A DNA stretch of 64,000 nt from Carcharhinus amblyrhynchos (taxonomy: Eukaryota): contig OZ336882.1 of NCBI GenBank assembly GCA_965287045.1, positions 65,162,001 through 65,226,000 on the forward strand, given 5' to 3'. Under the pieces are notes generated by a model that was not told the origin of the DNA, searched no databases, and was given only the letters and a program-made list of their open reading frames with translations. Shown piece after piece: positions 25,362-38,885 of this stretch; the stretch's first letter is position 1; every line of letters begins with the position of its first letter. Position numbers and translations under genes: made by a program.

Positions 25362-28300
25362 CATACTCATCCATTTGTACATGTGATTCCATCGGGGGTC
25401 AATGGGCACTGAGATCTAAATATTTTGTGGCCCGCTTAGTCCAAAGATATTGAGGCTGACAGAAGCACACTCAGCTTTTACCCTACCTTGGACTAACTAA
25501 TTTAGCATGCACAAGGAGGGTTGTTTGATATCATGGCTCAGCACCATGACTGGCATAGCATTCATTCAACACTTTATGGACTTATTTCCCATTTATTTAT
25601 TTTATATCTAGTATTCAATTAAAATAAGAGATTTCATTCAAAAAAGATAGCCATAATGTACTAAATGCTTTGAAACCCAGAAACTATAGTTGTAATATGA
25701 TATTCCACTGCCTGCTATTCTAACTGAGGCATTGACCTATTTATTTTTAAATGGGTTAACTCCGATGTTAAAATACTGGGCAGAGAATGTTGTGTGAAAT
25801 CTCTCCACAGCATTATTCATCCCCAACGCTGTGATGGTGTCCTCCACCATGTGTTTCAGTCTGTGCTCTTTGCCCCCCACCTCCCCCCCCATATCCAAGT
25901 CCCAAATTTCCTTCCCACCTCACTGTTGGTGCAAAAGCCTCTATCGTAACAGTTCTGCTTTCTGAAGTTTCTCCACCCCAGCCCACCCATTCCACTATTC
26001 CACTTCCTGTATTTTAAACCGCCTTCAAATCTATATCTTGTTAAATGCTTCTCGCTCCCCAAACTATTACTGTCACCCATTTCAACTCTAAAATGAACCA
26101 TTAGGTGTTTTTCATATCCAAACCGATCCTTCAGTGCAGTGCTGAGGAAATGCTAGTTTTTGGGTAGACTATTGAATCAAGTCTACCATTTATCTGTTCA
26201 ACTGGGTGCAAACAATCCCATTGCACTGCTTGAGGAGCAATGACTTTCACAGTGTCCAGGCTAACAATATACCTGCAAACAACACTACCATATTCATACT
26301 AACTGGAGATTCATCTCACTAATGTTTGTATGGCTTTACTTTGCTTGATTCCCCATCTGTCTAAGTAACAAGTTGTTTCACTTTAGAAGTAATTTGTTCA
26401 TCATAAAGAACTGTCCTGAGAATATGAAAACATTATATAAAGTTCTTTCCTTCTCTACAAATATACGTTTATTGCAGCTGGTCTCACAATTAGCATTTTT
26501 TCCATGATTATAGGTAATTTCAAGTGTTTAACTTAGTTAATGGAACAATTTACCCATTTATCAGGTTAGCACTAATGTCGCACAATATAAAGAACAACTA
26601 ATTGATTCACCCCAAAACGGTATAAAGAACAATTAGGTGGCATTAGATTGTTGACTATTAACAAACATTGGGGAAGAAGAGAACTTTTCAAATTGACAGA
26701 CAATAGTTTAATTTCTGGAGCCAGAACTAGACACCAAAACAAGTAGCAAAAGCATTGCTTTATAGGTTTGGATGCTTGATTGGATAATTACATCTGATGC
26801 TAGTCACTGAATATTCCTCAATATTACGAACAATTGTCACTAAGCTCCTACTTTTAAAAGCTACAGAATTGATTTTTAAGAAACATTTATTAATAACTGC
26901 TCCTGAAATCAGGACTGCCTGACATTCAATTTGGCCTTTTCTTTTCATTTTCCTCAACTTTCCTCGATTTCCTATATGAATATAGACACAGTGGAACTCA
27001 GACAAGTGAACATGGAGGACCGTTGCAGTAATGGGTCTTTTCGACCTCACTAAAAGCAGCTTAAAGGTATACAGAGCACCCCAGTGAAATGGTTCCCAGA
27101 AGCAGCAAACGTGCTGTCGCCCCATTTATGCACTTGTTAATCTAAGGCCTGAGTCTATAATGCAGCAATATGCAACTAAAATGCTACAAGTTAAGAGACA
27201 TTCCCTGTTTGGTTACCAGGAAGCAGTATTATGGGTCCATTCGAGTATTTATTATTCATAAGGACCCATTAGTGACTTTAACAAATGGGTCAGTAAGGTT
27301 ACTCTGTGCCTGTCAAATATAATGATTTAAATTACAATTTTACTACTTGTGTTATGGAAGCAGGTAACTATAAAACAATTGTTAGGCATAAAGTCCACTT
27401 GCACGTACACACTATAGCACTTAAAACTAGTGTCCAAATGAAATGAATTCACCGGATGTTAAGAGGCTTGTGATTTTTACTCCTCCTCTCCTGAAGTTGC
27501 AGGACTGTGAGGTTCAACTTGACAATTGCTGGCAAGCCTTCCACTACCTGGCACTGACTATATAGCTGCAATCAAGGCTGAATCAGTCTTCACCCGATAC
27601 CCATGTTCATACACAATCCCAGCGAAGAGGATTGGTTACTTAGCTGCTATCGGGAGTGGGGAGCCTTGTCCGGTCTAACTTGATGCCAGTTAATTACAGC
27701 AGCATCTAATGCTGCCCAGGAGTATGTGTGTGGTAGCGGTGGCGGGGGTGGTGGCAGCGGCGGCGTGGGGGGAGAGGGAGAGGCGGGGGCGGGGGGGGCG
27801 CGGTCCGCTAACTCCGTCTGGACCAGCCATTTGAAATGAAGATCTTCCCGAAGGTTACACAGTGTGCTACCTCCAGCCACTGCGATAAAGGGGTGGGTGG
27901 GTCCTTCCCAAATTAAATGAAGTTACATTAGCTGCCGCACTTCCAAAGCCACTGTGGGAATGACTTCAATACATTTTCACGCAGCACTATCAAAGTGCAC
28001 CGAGTTTTCTCTTCCTTTGAATGACACAGTTTGGAACTTGGATCAAGGACAATTTCTAGGACAAGCTCCTTGCTGTGTTGTGACTATATCAAGATCATTT
28101 TTAGTTAGTGCCGCCAGCTGTTTTCAGCCTCTCTACCCAAACCTTGCCATTACAGACTCTTAATAGCTCTTCCTACGAAATGAACAGGGGTGGGTGGAAG
28201 GGGAGGGAGAGGGAGGTCATGTTACTGAGATTCTGAGTTGCTTTCTGGAACCATATTCCCTCAAAACAGACTGCTGCGGTTTTCCGACACTTACGTCTGT

Positions 28301-29483
28301 GTTGGAACCACATATGGGAATTTTTTTGACGGCATTGTCCACTTCCTGTGACTGCTAAAATAATTACAGCTGTGCAGTTGCTGTTAGGCAGCCGAAAGCT
28401 TGGGACGAATGATGCTTTGGAAGCGTTCTGAAATAAATCACTTGCTCTTTGCTGCAAAGTTTGTCTTAACGGGGCTTGGAGACCGCAAGCTTTAATGCAG
28501 TCCAGCTGGGAGCTTGGGAAACATTTATTATAATGGGAGGGTTTTTTTAAATCCCTGAATTTGTTATAATGAGATAAATGTCATTAGACAGTTGGAATAA
28601 TTTGTCAAATCTCGCAAATCTTCCAAGGCGAACAGTGAAATCAAGACCAGAAGGTCCCAACTGCAACCCCTGGTCTGTTCCCAGTTAGCTGGGGCGGCAG
28701 GGGAAATTGGCCTCAGTGCCCCTAAGGTTAAGGAGGGAAAATAGCAGCCAGGTTTCCTGGTCCTGATCAATGTTTAGTGGTTCCTGTTCGAAAGTGTAAG
28801 TGCAAGGACATTAGAGGAGTTTAAAATCACACCCAGCTCAGCTCCTGGGTGCAATATATTTATTTAAATATCCCCCCCCCCCACCCTCACACATGCTTTG
28901 AGACACAGGAAATTTCGGGAATCCAGGAATCTACATCACGGGCAGAAGGGAAGAGAGTAAGTAAGGTGGGAGACGATAGAGATAAAGACTGGCGATACTT
29001 GTTCTGTCCAAATTTCTTGCCATATCCAAACAGCAACATTCGTGACAATGATCTTCCATGAAGTGGGACAATGAAATTGCATGCTTCTGTACAATACAAT
29101 ACATATCAATGTCACAAACCACGGTGAAATTAACGCATAGCAATTTCGAAAAAATAAGATCACAAATGGTTTTGAAGCTGATTTCAAATGCTGCAACCCT
29201 ACTTCTGGAAATCTTTGCTATAAGAAACGACTTTGGCTTATCTCAAGGTTTGTCCAGAGTTGGTAACATTTCAAGCTTAACGAACACAGTAGAAAAACAT
29301 TCGGCTGAGATTATAGTTAAGTTTATATGTGGGGGGAGGGGGGTGGTGGTAGAAACAATGCTCAAAGCTATATTGCTATTTAAACAAGCAGGCGTGGTTT
29401 AACTGACTGGCCAAAATGAAATGAATCATTAATGCATTAAGAAAATCCATCTGAAGGGGTTAGGACTGCTCTCAACTTTCTTA

Positions 29484-29585
<102 letters not shown>

Positions 29586-32500
29586 CTAAAGGGCTGATTC
29601 ACCTCCCCGCTCATTTTCCCTGCAGATTATTTGTTGCCGTCTTGGTAATTCAATGTCAGAACGTGAACATCATCTGCTAAACTTGGCATTTATCTCTCTG
29701 CACTAATTGCCCAACCAGTTTGAGTGTCTTGATAGTCTGCTTCAGAGAGCAGTTAAGAATCAGTCAGGTTGCTGAGGGCCTGGAGTCCCATGTCAGCCAG
29801 GCTGAATAAGGACAGCATGTTTTCGTCTCTAAAAGATATTCGTGGTGGTGGTGGTGGTGGTGGTGGTTGGGGGGGGGGGGGGGGGCGAAGTAATTCAACA
29901 GGTTGTTTTTTTCTTTAGGCAACTAAATTCAAGTCCTGAGTCTGCCTTGGCAGGAGTTGAACTCAGGTTGTCTGATTATCCAGCTCCTCTGTTCAATAAC
30001 ACAACTCTTTTATATATAATGTGGAACTTAAATATCACCAAGACGTTCAAGTCATTGATGTCGAGGTACAACTATTTCCAAATCAAATCGTTGACATCTG
30101 AGCAAATATTACAGTATTTTACACTGGTACAAATCTGTTCAGGTGTAATAGCATTGCTAGAAAAAATGCAATTTATAAGAATATCATATCCAAATGTCCA
30201 TCCCCATTAACAGAATAAAATGAATCACTTTGTTAGTCTGTATTTTACCTTTCACTGCTCTCGTTCCCCGGGGATATTTTTACGTGTTAAAGGTCTGTAT
30301 TAACGTTTGTTGACTCAGTGTTTACTAATAATCTCAGTTCATACCTACAGATCTGCCTTCTGAATTTCACTCAGAATCATTAAAGTATGCTGGGAATTTT
30401 AAAAATGAAATCATCAGGAGACATTTAACTCTGGAACTTCCTTAGGTCTCAACATGTTCTCCTCACACACGCACACTACATCAATATCAACCGTCCAAGT
30501 ATTTTATTTCTTAAAAGTTTGAATAACTGATTTTTTTTTGCACATACATCTAGATTTCCAAGCTGGCAGGAGACGATGTGTTTTGTTAGTTCAAACTGAG
30601 AAACACTTGCCAACATTTTCTTGGTGAAATGGAGGGGAATTGAGCCCAGTTCGGGCCCTGAGGACGATGCTGCACAGTATACATTTACTTCTGTGTCAGC
30701 TTTTTCCGCTCACATCGGCGTACTTCGGATGTGGCGGTTTTACAGGGCCAGGGGGTACTTTGTTAACAAAAGTAGGCGCTAGCTAGTTTGTAAAAGTTGG
30801 CACCAATGCTGTAGTCTCTTTGGTTGCAGCTATGGTTATCGATTGGTCCAAAGGCGCGACCAATATTATATTCGAGATGGACATTTACTCATCTGTCTTG
30901 GATGCCAATCAGGACATGCTCCCCCCCCCCCCCCCACCCTTCCCCCGCTGAGCACTGCACAAAGAGGGTGCAACAACTCCATATTGGAAAAAAAACATCC
31001 TCACTGCCACGTCAAATAGGGTTGTTGCACCATGAACAAGTGTTGCAAAAGGGTGAACGGTGGCACACAATAGGGCACAGAGCTGCATTGCCGAAAGCAG
31101 GGGGAGAGGGCAGTTACAAAGGTAGCAAAAGAGAGAGAATTGTCTGATTTCAGAGGGAACACAGTGTAAATACCTTCCACACAAATTGTTATTTCATGTT
31201 AACTATTATAGTTATAAAATTATGAATTTAGACACAATAGGCGAACTGACTGTAACTCTGGATAATTACTGTACAATTCCTAGTCTATACACTCACAATT
31301 ATCCTGTGACGCACTCTGTGCAACCTCGTGTATTTTCGATATTACTTACACCACTATAAATAATGGACCAAAATGGAAATCCAATATAGAATGCTCATTA
31401 CACGGTTGGCTAATTACATGTTAATTTCCACATTTGCAAAAAAAAGTCCCTCCACAAGGTATGTCTCACTATTCCCTGCCCAGATAAAGGATACAGCGTG
31501 TGGTGTGTTTAATGTTGCTTTTTTTTTCTGAATGCAATTTAACGTGATGTAAAAATGCACAATCGGGAAGGGATGGGTGGTGGTGGGGGGGGAGGGGGAG
31601 CTGAGAGTATCTCTGGGATATCTAGTGATCGCAGTGGGCTGGGGATTGGAGGTGTGGGAGTGGGGGGTGGGTGGGGGGTGGGGGGAGAGGTGTTAGGCAG
31701 ACTGTGGCCCCGAGACAAAGCTGAGCTGAGAAGGAATGGGGGCAGCAGATTTGGCGAGATATTCGCCGACAGATGGTGAGCTCCGTTCAGTATGCCACCC
31801 CAACTGCTCGCGTGTGTTTATTGTTGTTTCCGCTAGCTCTGTTTTCTGTGTGAAAGCTTAACCTCGTTCCCTGGTAAAGACACACAAGAGAAACCAACAA
31901 CAGAGGCGAGAGAGAAAAATCAGGAAAATAGAGAACTAATCAGCATTCCTCGTGTTTTTTTATATAAAATGAATACGTTGTAAAAGCAATATATTAATAA
32001 ATGATTTAACAAAAAATGTATTAAATCTAGCAGTGGGAATAAGGAGCCCTTGAAAGCAATGTGTTTGATCGGAGTGCTATCTGGGATTTTTTAAACTTCA
32101 TTCATTTTTAATGCATGCGGATAATTATTCTTCTATTACACATACCGTCAGAGCATGCGATCAGACACTTAGAATAATATTCCTTCTGACTAGATTTATG
32201 TAGGTTGTGAGGTATAAACCCCTGCGATGTTTCAGAATTGATGTTGTCTCTGGGTGTGTGCGTGTGTGTGTGTTGGAAACCGGGCTAAAATTAAAAAAAT
32301 AAACATTATATATGGCCACATCAGAAGTTTGATGGATTCAGATAATCAGTCTCAAGAGGTCAAACACAGCCGCGGGACACAACATTGTCTTCAACCCTTC
32401 TTGGAAATAAAACGGACTCACAGAAATCACAGTGATTTAATGGGAAACATTCTCCGTTCCTTTCATTCTGGACAAATCCCAATCTGCCACATCAAGGGGT

Positions 32501-34412
32501 GTCCTCCAAACAATATAAATATATATTCCCAACCTCAGGGCACCCTGTGTGTATGTGTGCGCGTGTGTGTGTGTGTGTGTGTGGGTAGGGTGTTTGGTTT
32601 TAAAGGCTGCGTGTAGTCCAGACGGAAAATAATTGTTAGAACAACAGGCCACTATGAGACCGGCGTGACCACATCATTAAAAAAAGTTAACTCGAGTTAA
32701 TTTGGCATTCCCGCAATGTTATATTGTATCCGAAAGTATATATTGTACAGATAACCGCACGCCAAGGAGTAGCTGTTGGACATTGTGATTAATGGCCTAT
32801 TGATTATGTTAACAAAGGTCTGATGTATATTTTTGAAGTTGTTAAAATGCGGGTTTGTTTGAATGTGGATCAATATTTTAGAGCTGAAATTGGGAAAATC
32901 TCTCTCCCTCTGATTCCAGATACGTCTCTCTGTCTCTCTCTGACCTGGTCTGGCAGCCCTCAATAGCAGGAAATCGCATTCAGAAAGAATATCAAAAGAG
33001 CTGCGGAGATATTTTCAAAACAAGAGGTGCCTGTTGATGCAATGGTTTGTCTTGAGCAGGAAGCGGGGTACATTAAAAATCAAACGTGGCAGAGAAGGGA
33101 GGACGAAGATTGCATACTCACACACATACACACTCTCTCACACTCTCTCTCACACACACATAATGTTTATGCATTCCAAAATGAATCCTATTCTTGGTGG
33201 AAAATGATGTCCGTTTGCAGCCGCTTTGAAATTGACTAAAGGCTCCAGGAGATTGAAGAAGGGGGTAAAACACTAAAATGGGCATGTGGAAATATACTGT
33301 ATTCCGGCGCGGGAGGTGAGTGTTTGGTGTTGGGGGGGGCGGGGTGTGAGGGGTGGAGGGATGTGGGGTGGGTCATAATGACAGCCATGAGTCTTAAACC
33401 ATGAGAACACACAAAAGTTTAATTATTTACTGCCAATAAGTATATAAACACGGAAATTGAATTTAAATTAAAGGGATCTGCGTTGCCTAAATAACGGACA
33501 AAATGTTGCTTGTTGATTGACGTGAATATAAAGTTGAGTGAATATATATTTAGAGTCGTTTCTCGCCTAGAGCTGCACGGAGTGGTGATTTATAACAAAC
33601 TGGAGTATTTAGTCCTGCAGGAGAGTTGTTTACGATGACCAGAGAGCCAGCTAACCTGGCAAAACTCAAAACAGTCACGTAAATAAATATCAGCAGCGCC
33701 TTCTGTTAAAATGAATAACTTGCACAGTTATGTTGACAGAATCGGCCGCTTCACGCTTTAAAACACATTGCACATTAATAAGGAAAAAAAGTGGGATGAT
33801 TAAAAGTGGAATTAGGGGGATCGATCTGTAAAAATAGGAAAATAAAACCCTTCTGCCACCCACACACTGAAATATTGACACGTTTAAATTACAGCAACTC
33901 CCGCCACAGACCCATTGGAAATTGTGGGGGTGCCTTCTTGCGCGCTCTATCGATTTCTCTCTCAATTTTAATTCATTGGAGATCCCCCCGTCCCCAGTTA
34001 ACCATTCACCACATCCCCTTTCACCCCAGTCTACCTAGTGGGGTTAGAAAACTTTTTCTCATGCTGTGTTTGTTTTGCGTTAGACACATGGGACATTTTG
34101 CAATATTTAACTTCCCCAGAACCTCTGTCTAACTTCCTCAAAACGCACCAGGTTCTGTTTGTTGTCACTGAGCAGTTTCCTTGACTTTGACCGTTTGAGA
34201 GCAATTCGATTAGAAAGGGGAGGTGTGGGGGTGGGGGGAGGGGATGGGGGGGGAAGACCGAGGAAGTTTATGCAACGGTATCTTCACGACCTGTAGCTTA
34301 ATCTCGACCCTGCGGGCACCATTATAACGGGTGTCAATCCTTTTTTGCATGCTTCCTAGAATTTTAAACAAAAAGAAAATCCTCGCAGTCACAGGAATAA
34401 AGATCACCTTAC

Positions 34413-34468
34413 CTGTTTGGTCATTGAGTCGATCAGCCGAACATAGAGATCTTGCTCTGTCCTTATCC
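34413..34468 (-). CDS. EBF1: EBF1 coding exon 4: (G)IRTEQDLYVRLIDSMTKQ
   Basis: Acceptor cattcag| and donor CAG|GTAAGG; 56 nt, in frame with exons 3 and 5. Confidence 0.96.
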
Positions 34469-35113
34469 CTGAATGTGACAACATATTGAATGAAGAAATG
34501 TCAGATTCACTCAAAAGGCCTCGTCGCTGCTATTTTAGAAATATGGGAAGCAGCAATTTATATTCTCACCCAGCCCTCTACTCCTTCCCGCATTCAGATT
34601 GAGAACACAGTCTGTATGAAGAACGCAAAACAATGTATTGGGTTTGGATAGCGGGCTCGGCGGGCGATGGATATAGAGGGATAAGTGCTATATAATGTTG
34701 GAATGTTGGATCATCAATGCACACTTTTACTGATGCAGAAACTGGGTTTAGGGGACAACGCAAATGGAACCATTCCGACTCCGGCTTCTGCAGAAATGCT
34801 CGGATCAAAATCTCGCCCAGCGACAGATGTGCGGGACAGCACTGGAGACAGTGTCGGATGGGCGCCAGTGAAATGTGACACAGTTTGGCCGGGACAACGT
34901 GTGAGCTGTTTAAAAACAGCGTAGAGTTCCCAAATAAATTACACTTTCCACACACGCGGGTGATGCAGTGAGAAGAAATCCCAGGGAAATAATCCCAGTA
35001 GCCAGGGTAGGACCTCCCGTTGCCCACCGCCCCAAACGCACTCCCCAAACGGTGCCGGAGAGCTAGCCCCAAGAGTTTGCAGCAATTGTCAAAGGCGATA
35101 ACAGGCCACTTAC

Positions 35114-35177
35114 CATTACTGTAGAGCAGCTGTAATCTGTAATGAATCCCGTTATTGGTCTTTTCACCACCTATTTC
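35114..35177 (-). CDS. EBF1: EBF1 coding exon 3: EIGGEKTNNGIHYRLQLLYSN(G)
   Basis: Acceptor atttcag| and donor G|GTAAGT; 64 nt. The COE motif EKTNNGIHYRLQLLYSNG is visible in ORF 34578..35231. Confidence 0.96.
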
Positions 35178-35563
35178 CTGAAATAATTTTTTAACAAAAA
35201 GGATGGGCATGTTAACAAAAAAGCTTGACAACTAAAGTGAAAGAGCAATTAAGATCCTTTTTTTTAAGATGTCGGGTTTCAGACATGCGAGGTTCCGGTC
35301 TCCAGATCAGTGAGGCCACTCGCTCAGAACTTGGGAGATTTTACTCTATTTCAAATCTGAAATTTTTGGCAAAAATGTTTACAATGTCTCTCCCCTCCCC
35401 CATGTTAATCTATATCGCTTGTTAAAGTTAAGCACCGCTTATTTTGCATGTCTGTGTATAAAGCTACATATAGAAACCTTCTTTCAATATCAGAAAATAT
35501 TCCCAAACATTAAAAGTTGTCTGTTTTGTACAAATCAGTGTTGCTCTGATATGCAGCCGGTCA

Positions 35564-35941
<378 letters not shown>

Positions 35942-36542
35942 TTAAAAAAAATAACAGCCTCTTCCAAGACCATGTATAAAACTTGCATTTATTTTTGAAA
36001 GTTGGAAACTTCCCAGTGACAACTGGATAGATGAAAGATCCGAATTAACGGGAGGCTTTGAAACATTCCCTGATTGAGTTGTATTGCGGTGTCAACTGTG
36101 AGGAGATGTTTTTTTTTAGCGACCCGGGAAACTTCTGGGATGTTTGGAGTAAAGTCTGGGAGTCTCTCACTGTAAAATGTATTATTCTAAGTTTGGCGGT
36201 TTAAAATAAAGTTAGCGCCACATTGTAGACTTTAAAGCAGGCGGTATAACGGGGAACGGAGGAAAATGAAATCAAACAAATCATCATCTATATTGAGTAT
36301 GTCAAATTGTGTCATTTCACCCTCATCTGCAGCAAAATTTTTAAAAGAGCCCAGACGGGAAATGATTAGAAGGGGAAAACATGAAACGGAATGTTTAAAA
36401 TATGTTGAAATTTAAATATATATAATATATATATAGCCTTTGGTTAGAGTTCCAAACCGACTTTCGCCACCGTGTATTGTTAACATATCCACACAGAACG
36501 CCTGCATGTGTGAAGAAAAATTCAGATACATTCATTTCCTAC

Positions 36543-36676
36543 CTCTGAGCGGCCGTATTTGCATCCATGATCCCGGCTCCCTGCATCCAGGACCGGACAG
36601 CGTTGATCCCGCTTCCCAGCGGCTCTTCTTTCATGCTGCCCGCGCTGCGCTGTATATTCTCCTGAATCCCAAACAT
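36543..36676 (-). CDS. EBF1: Early B-cell factor 1 (COE1), coding exon 1: [44 protein letters not shown](S)
   Basis: Manual translation of the minus strand. ATG at 36676 and donor AG|GTAGGA at 36542; 134 nt. The N-terminus [36 protein letters not shown] matches EBF1 better than EBF3 (IPRGG/NPVRSWMHTAG). Confidence 0.95.
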
Positions 36677-36873
36677 GGAAACAAGCTTTTTTCCCCCTCT
36701 GTCTCTCTCTCTCTCTCAGTGTGTGTCTCTGCCTCTGTCTCTCTCTCCTCCTCCTCCTCCTGTCTGCCGTCAAAAAATAAAAGCCACCAGAAACCGGTTG
36801 AAGATGTTGAAACGCAGTTTTCGCTGAAGTCAAGTATCCTCCAGGAGAAATGCCAATTGCCAGCGATTATCTT

Positions 36874-37003
36874 NNNNNNNNNNNNNNNNNNNNNNNNNNN
36901 NNNNNNNNNNNNNNNNNNNNNNNNNNNNNNNNNNNNNNNNNNNNNNNNNNNNNNNNNNNNNNNNNNNNNNNNNNNNNNNNNNNNNNNNNNNNNNNNNNNN
37001 NNN
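36874..37003. other. Assembly gap (130 N) within the probable EBF1 5'UTR
   Basis: Run of n in the sequence. Confidence 1.
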
Positions 37004-37639
37004 GGAGGAGAATGGTGATCCCTGTAAGTGAATTATTTCCCCAAAAACGTGGGGGGGGGGGGTGGTCAGAAGGGAGGGGAGGAGGTCTGCGGGGGAGCAG
37101 GTGAGGTCTGAGACGCACACAAGATCAAGTCGAGCTACCGGGCTTCACAACACCAAGTGTCATCGTCCAATTAGAAACACTAAGTTTATTTCCCCCTCAG
37201 TCTGTGTGTGTGTGTGTGTGTGTGTGTGTTCACAAACAGCCCTGTCTACCAGTCCCAGCAAATGTATGAGCAACGCTGGCTGGCGAGATTTGCTCTTCTG
37301 AATGATGTCGGGGATTTTTTTTGGGAAGGGGTTGGGGGATGGAGGGGGGAAGGTGTGGGTGGGAGGGATGCTAGGTCTCTGATCTCCTGGGGTGGGAAGG
37401 CGAGGGTTGGTTTGGTGGGGTATGTGTGTGTGTGTGTGTGTGTGTGTCTGAGTGGGGGTGGGGGGGGTCAGTGACGGGAGCCGATTGCCCTGTGAGAATT
37501 CACCTCCCTCCCTCTGTCTGTCTGTCTGTCTGCAGCTAGACTCTCGGAGCTACCCCACCAACCCCTACTTCATCCCGGGGGGGAGAGGGGGGGTGGGGAG
37601 GGGGGTAACAAAACCATTCTCCCTCCCCCCTCCCACACA

Positions 37640-37775
37640 AATGGGTCGCAGCTAGAGACGGGGCGGGGGTGGAATAGGTTGAACGATGGCTACCAAATAT
37701 GGTAAAGCCCGCCTCCCCCTTAAGCCAATGGCTGCGCGGTGTGTGCATGATTGACAAGAAGTCCTGACAATGGAG
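37640..37775 (-). promoter_or_regulatory. Candidate proximal EBF1 promoter
   Basis: About 1 kb above the ATG. Cluster of GC box GGGGCGGGGG (37660-37669), CArG CCAAATATGG (37693-37702), CCCGCCTCCC (37708-37717), CCAAT (37725-37729) and PBX/MEIS-like TGATTGACAA (37748-37757). The TSS is not determined. Confidence 0.6.
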
Positions 37776-38329
37776 TAAAACATGTTTTGTTCTTGTTTTT
37801 ATATCTGACATAACAAAAACGGCAAAGGTACAAATAATTCCCTGCTTTAAAAATACTGTCTACCCCACTGGAGTTTTTAAATGGAAAAAAATCATGATGA
37901 AATATTGACATTTTTTCTTGCTGAGAAACATATTCTATAGCTGTCCCCTGCCTGGATAATTTCTAGAGAACAATTCCCACGAGGTTACTTGGGTCCGTTT
38001 GACTGTAAGACATCACAGAATGCGAGACCTCCCTCTCCAAACAGTTCCGCAACTTAATCTGGGAATTACATCTCCAGATCTGCAAAGTGCCTTCAGTTTT
38101 AGGAAATTGACTGAGCCTCCATATCATCAACAATCTAACTTTTTACATTCGGAAAGTTCTCGGGGGACCGATAGTCAATATAATTATTTTATATAATGTA
38201 GTAAAACCTACCGGATATCAGACAACATTTATTTCAGGGTCTTTAGCAGCTGGGGTGTGTTCGGGAGGGGGAGGAGGTGGGGAGGGGTTCGAGGGGCTGG
38301 TGACTCCTATGTCATAGTGGTGACTGTAC

Positions 38330-38885
38330 ACGCACAGGGATATGGACAAATGCACACGGAGATATACACACACATCTAGGCACACAGCCTAACTCACATA
38401 CATACATCTATATATACACACACAGGAACACGGATAAATGCACACGGAGATACATGCGCATGTACACACAAGGACATGGATACATGCACACAGAGATACA
38501 TATATAGGGACACATATATTCACACACAGATACAAATATATACACATAAGGACACAGACTAATGAACACATACATATATGCATACACAGGGAAAGGAAAC
38601 TGCACACACAGATACATATATACACACAGGAACACAGACAAATGCACATAGATACACACGTATATCAATACACAGAGATACATATACATGCACACAATTA
38701 TAAATACACACACACATATAGGGACAGAGACGAATGTGCACAGGGATACAAACACACAGGAACACATATACATGCACATAATTATAAATATATAAATATA
38801 CACACACAGGGACACAGACGAATGCAAGTAGAGATACAAACACACGCGCGGCACACATACACATTCATACATGCAAGCACACATG
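38330..38885. repeat. Degenerate (CA/TA)n simple repeat
   Basis: acacacagatacatatatacac-type array. Confidence 0.9.

Noticed and set aside
34578-35231. 217-aa ORF as a single-exon gene
   Set aside because: Only 35114-35177 is EBF exon 3, bounded by canonical splice sites. The rest is intron read-through.
36440-37018. 192-aa plus-strand ORF antisense to exon 1
   Set aside because: A shadow of the coding exon plus microsatellite, inflated by the N gap.
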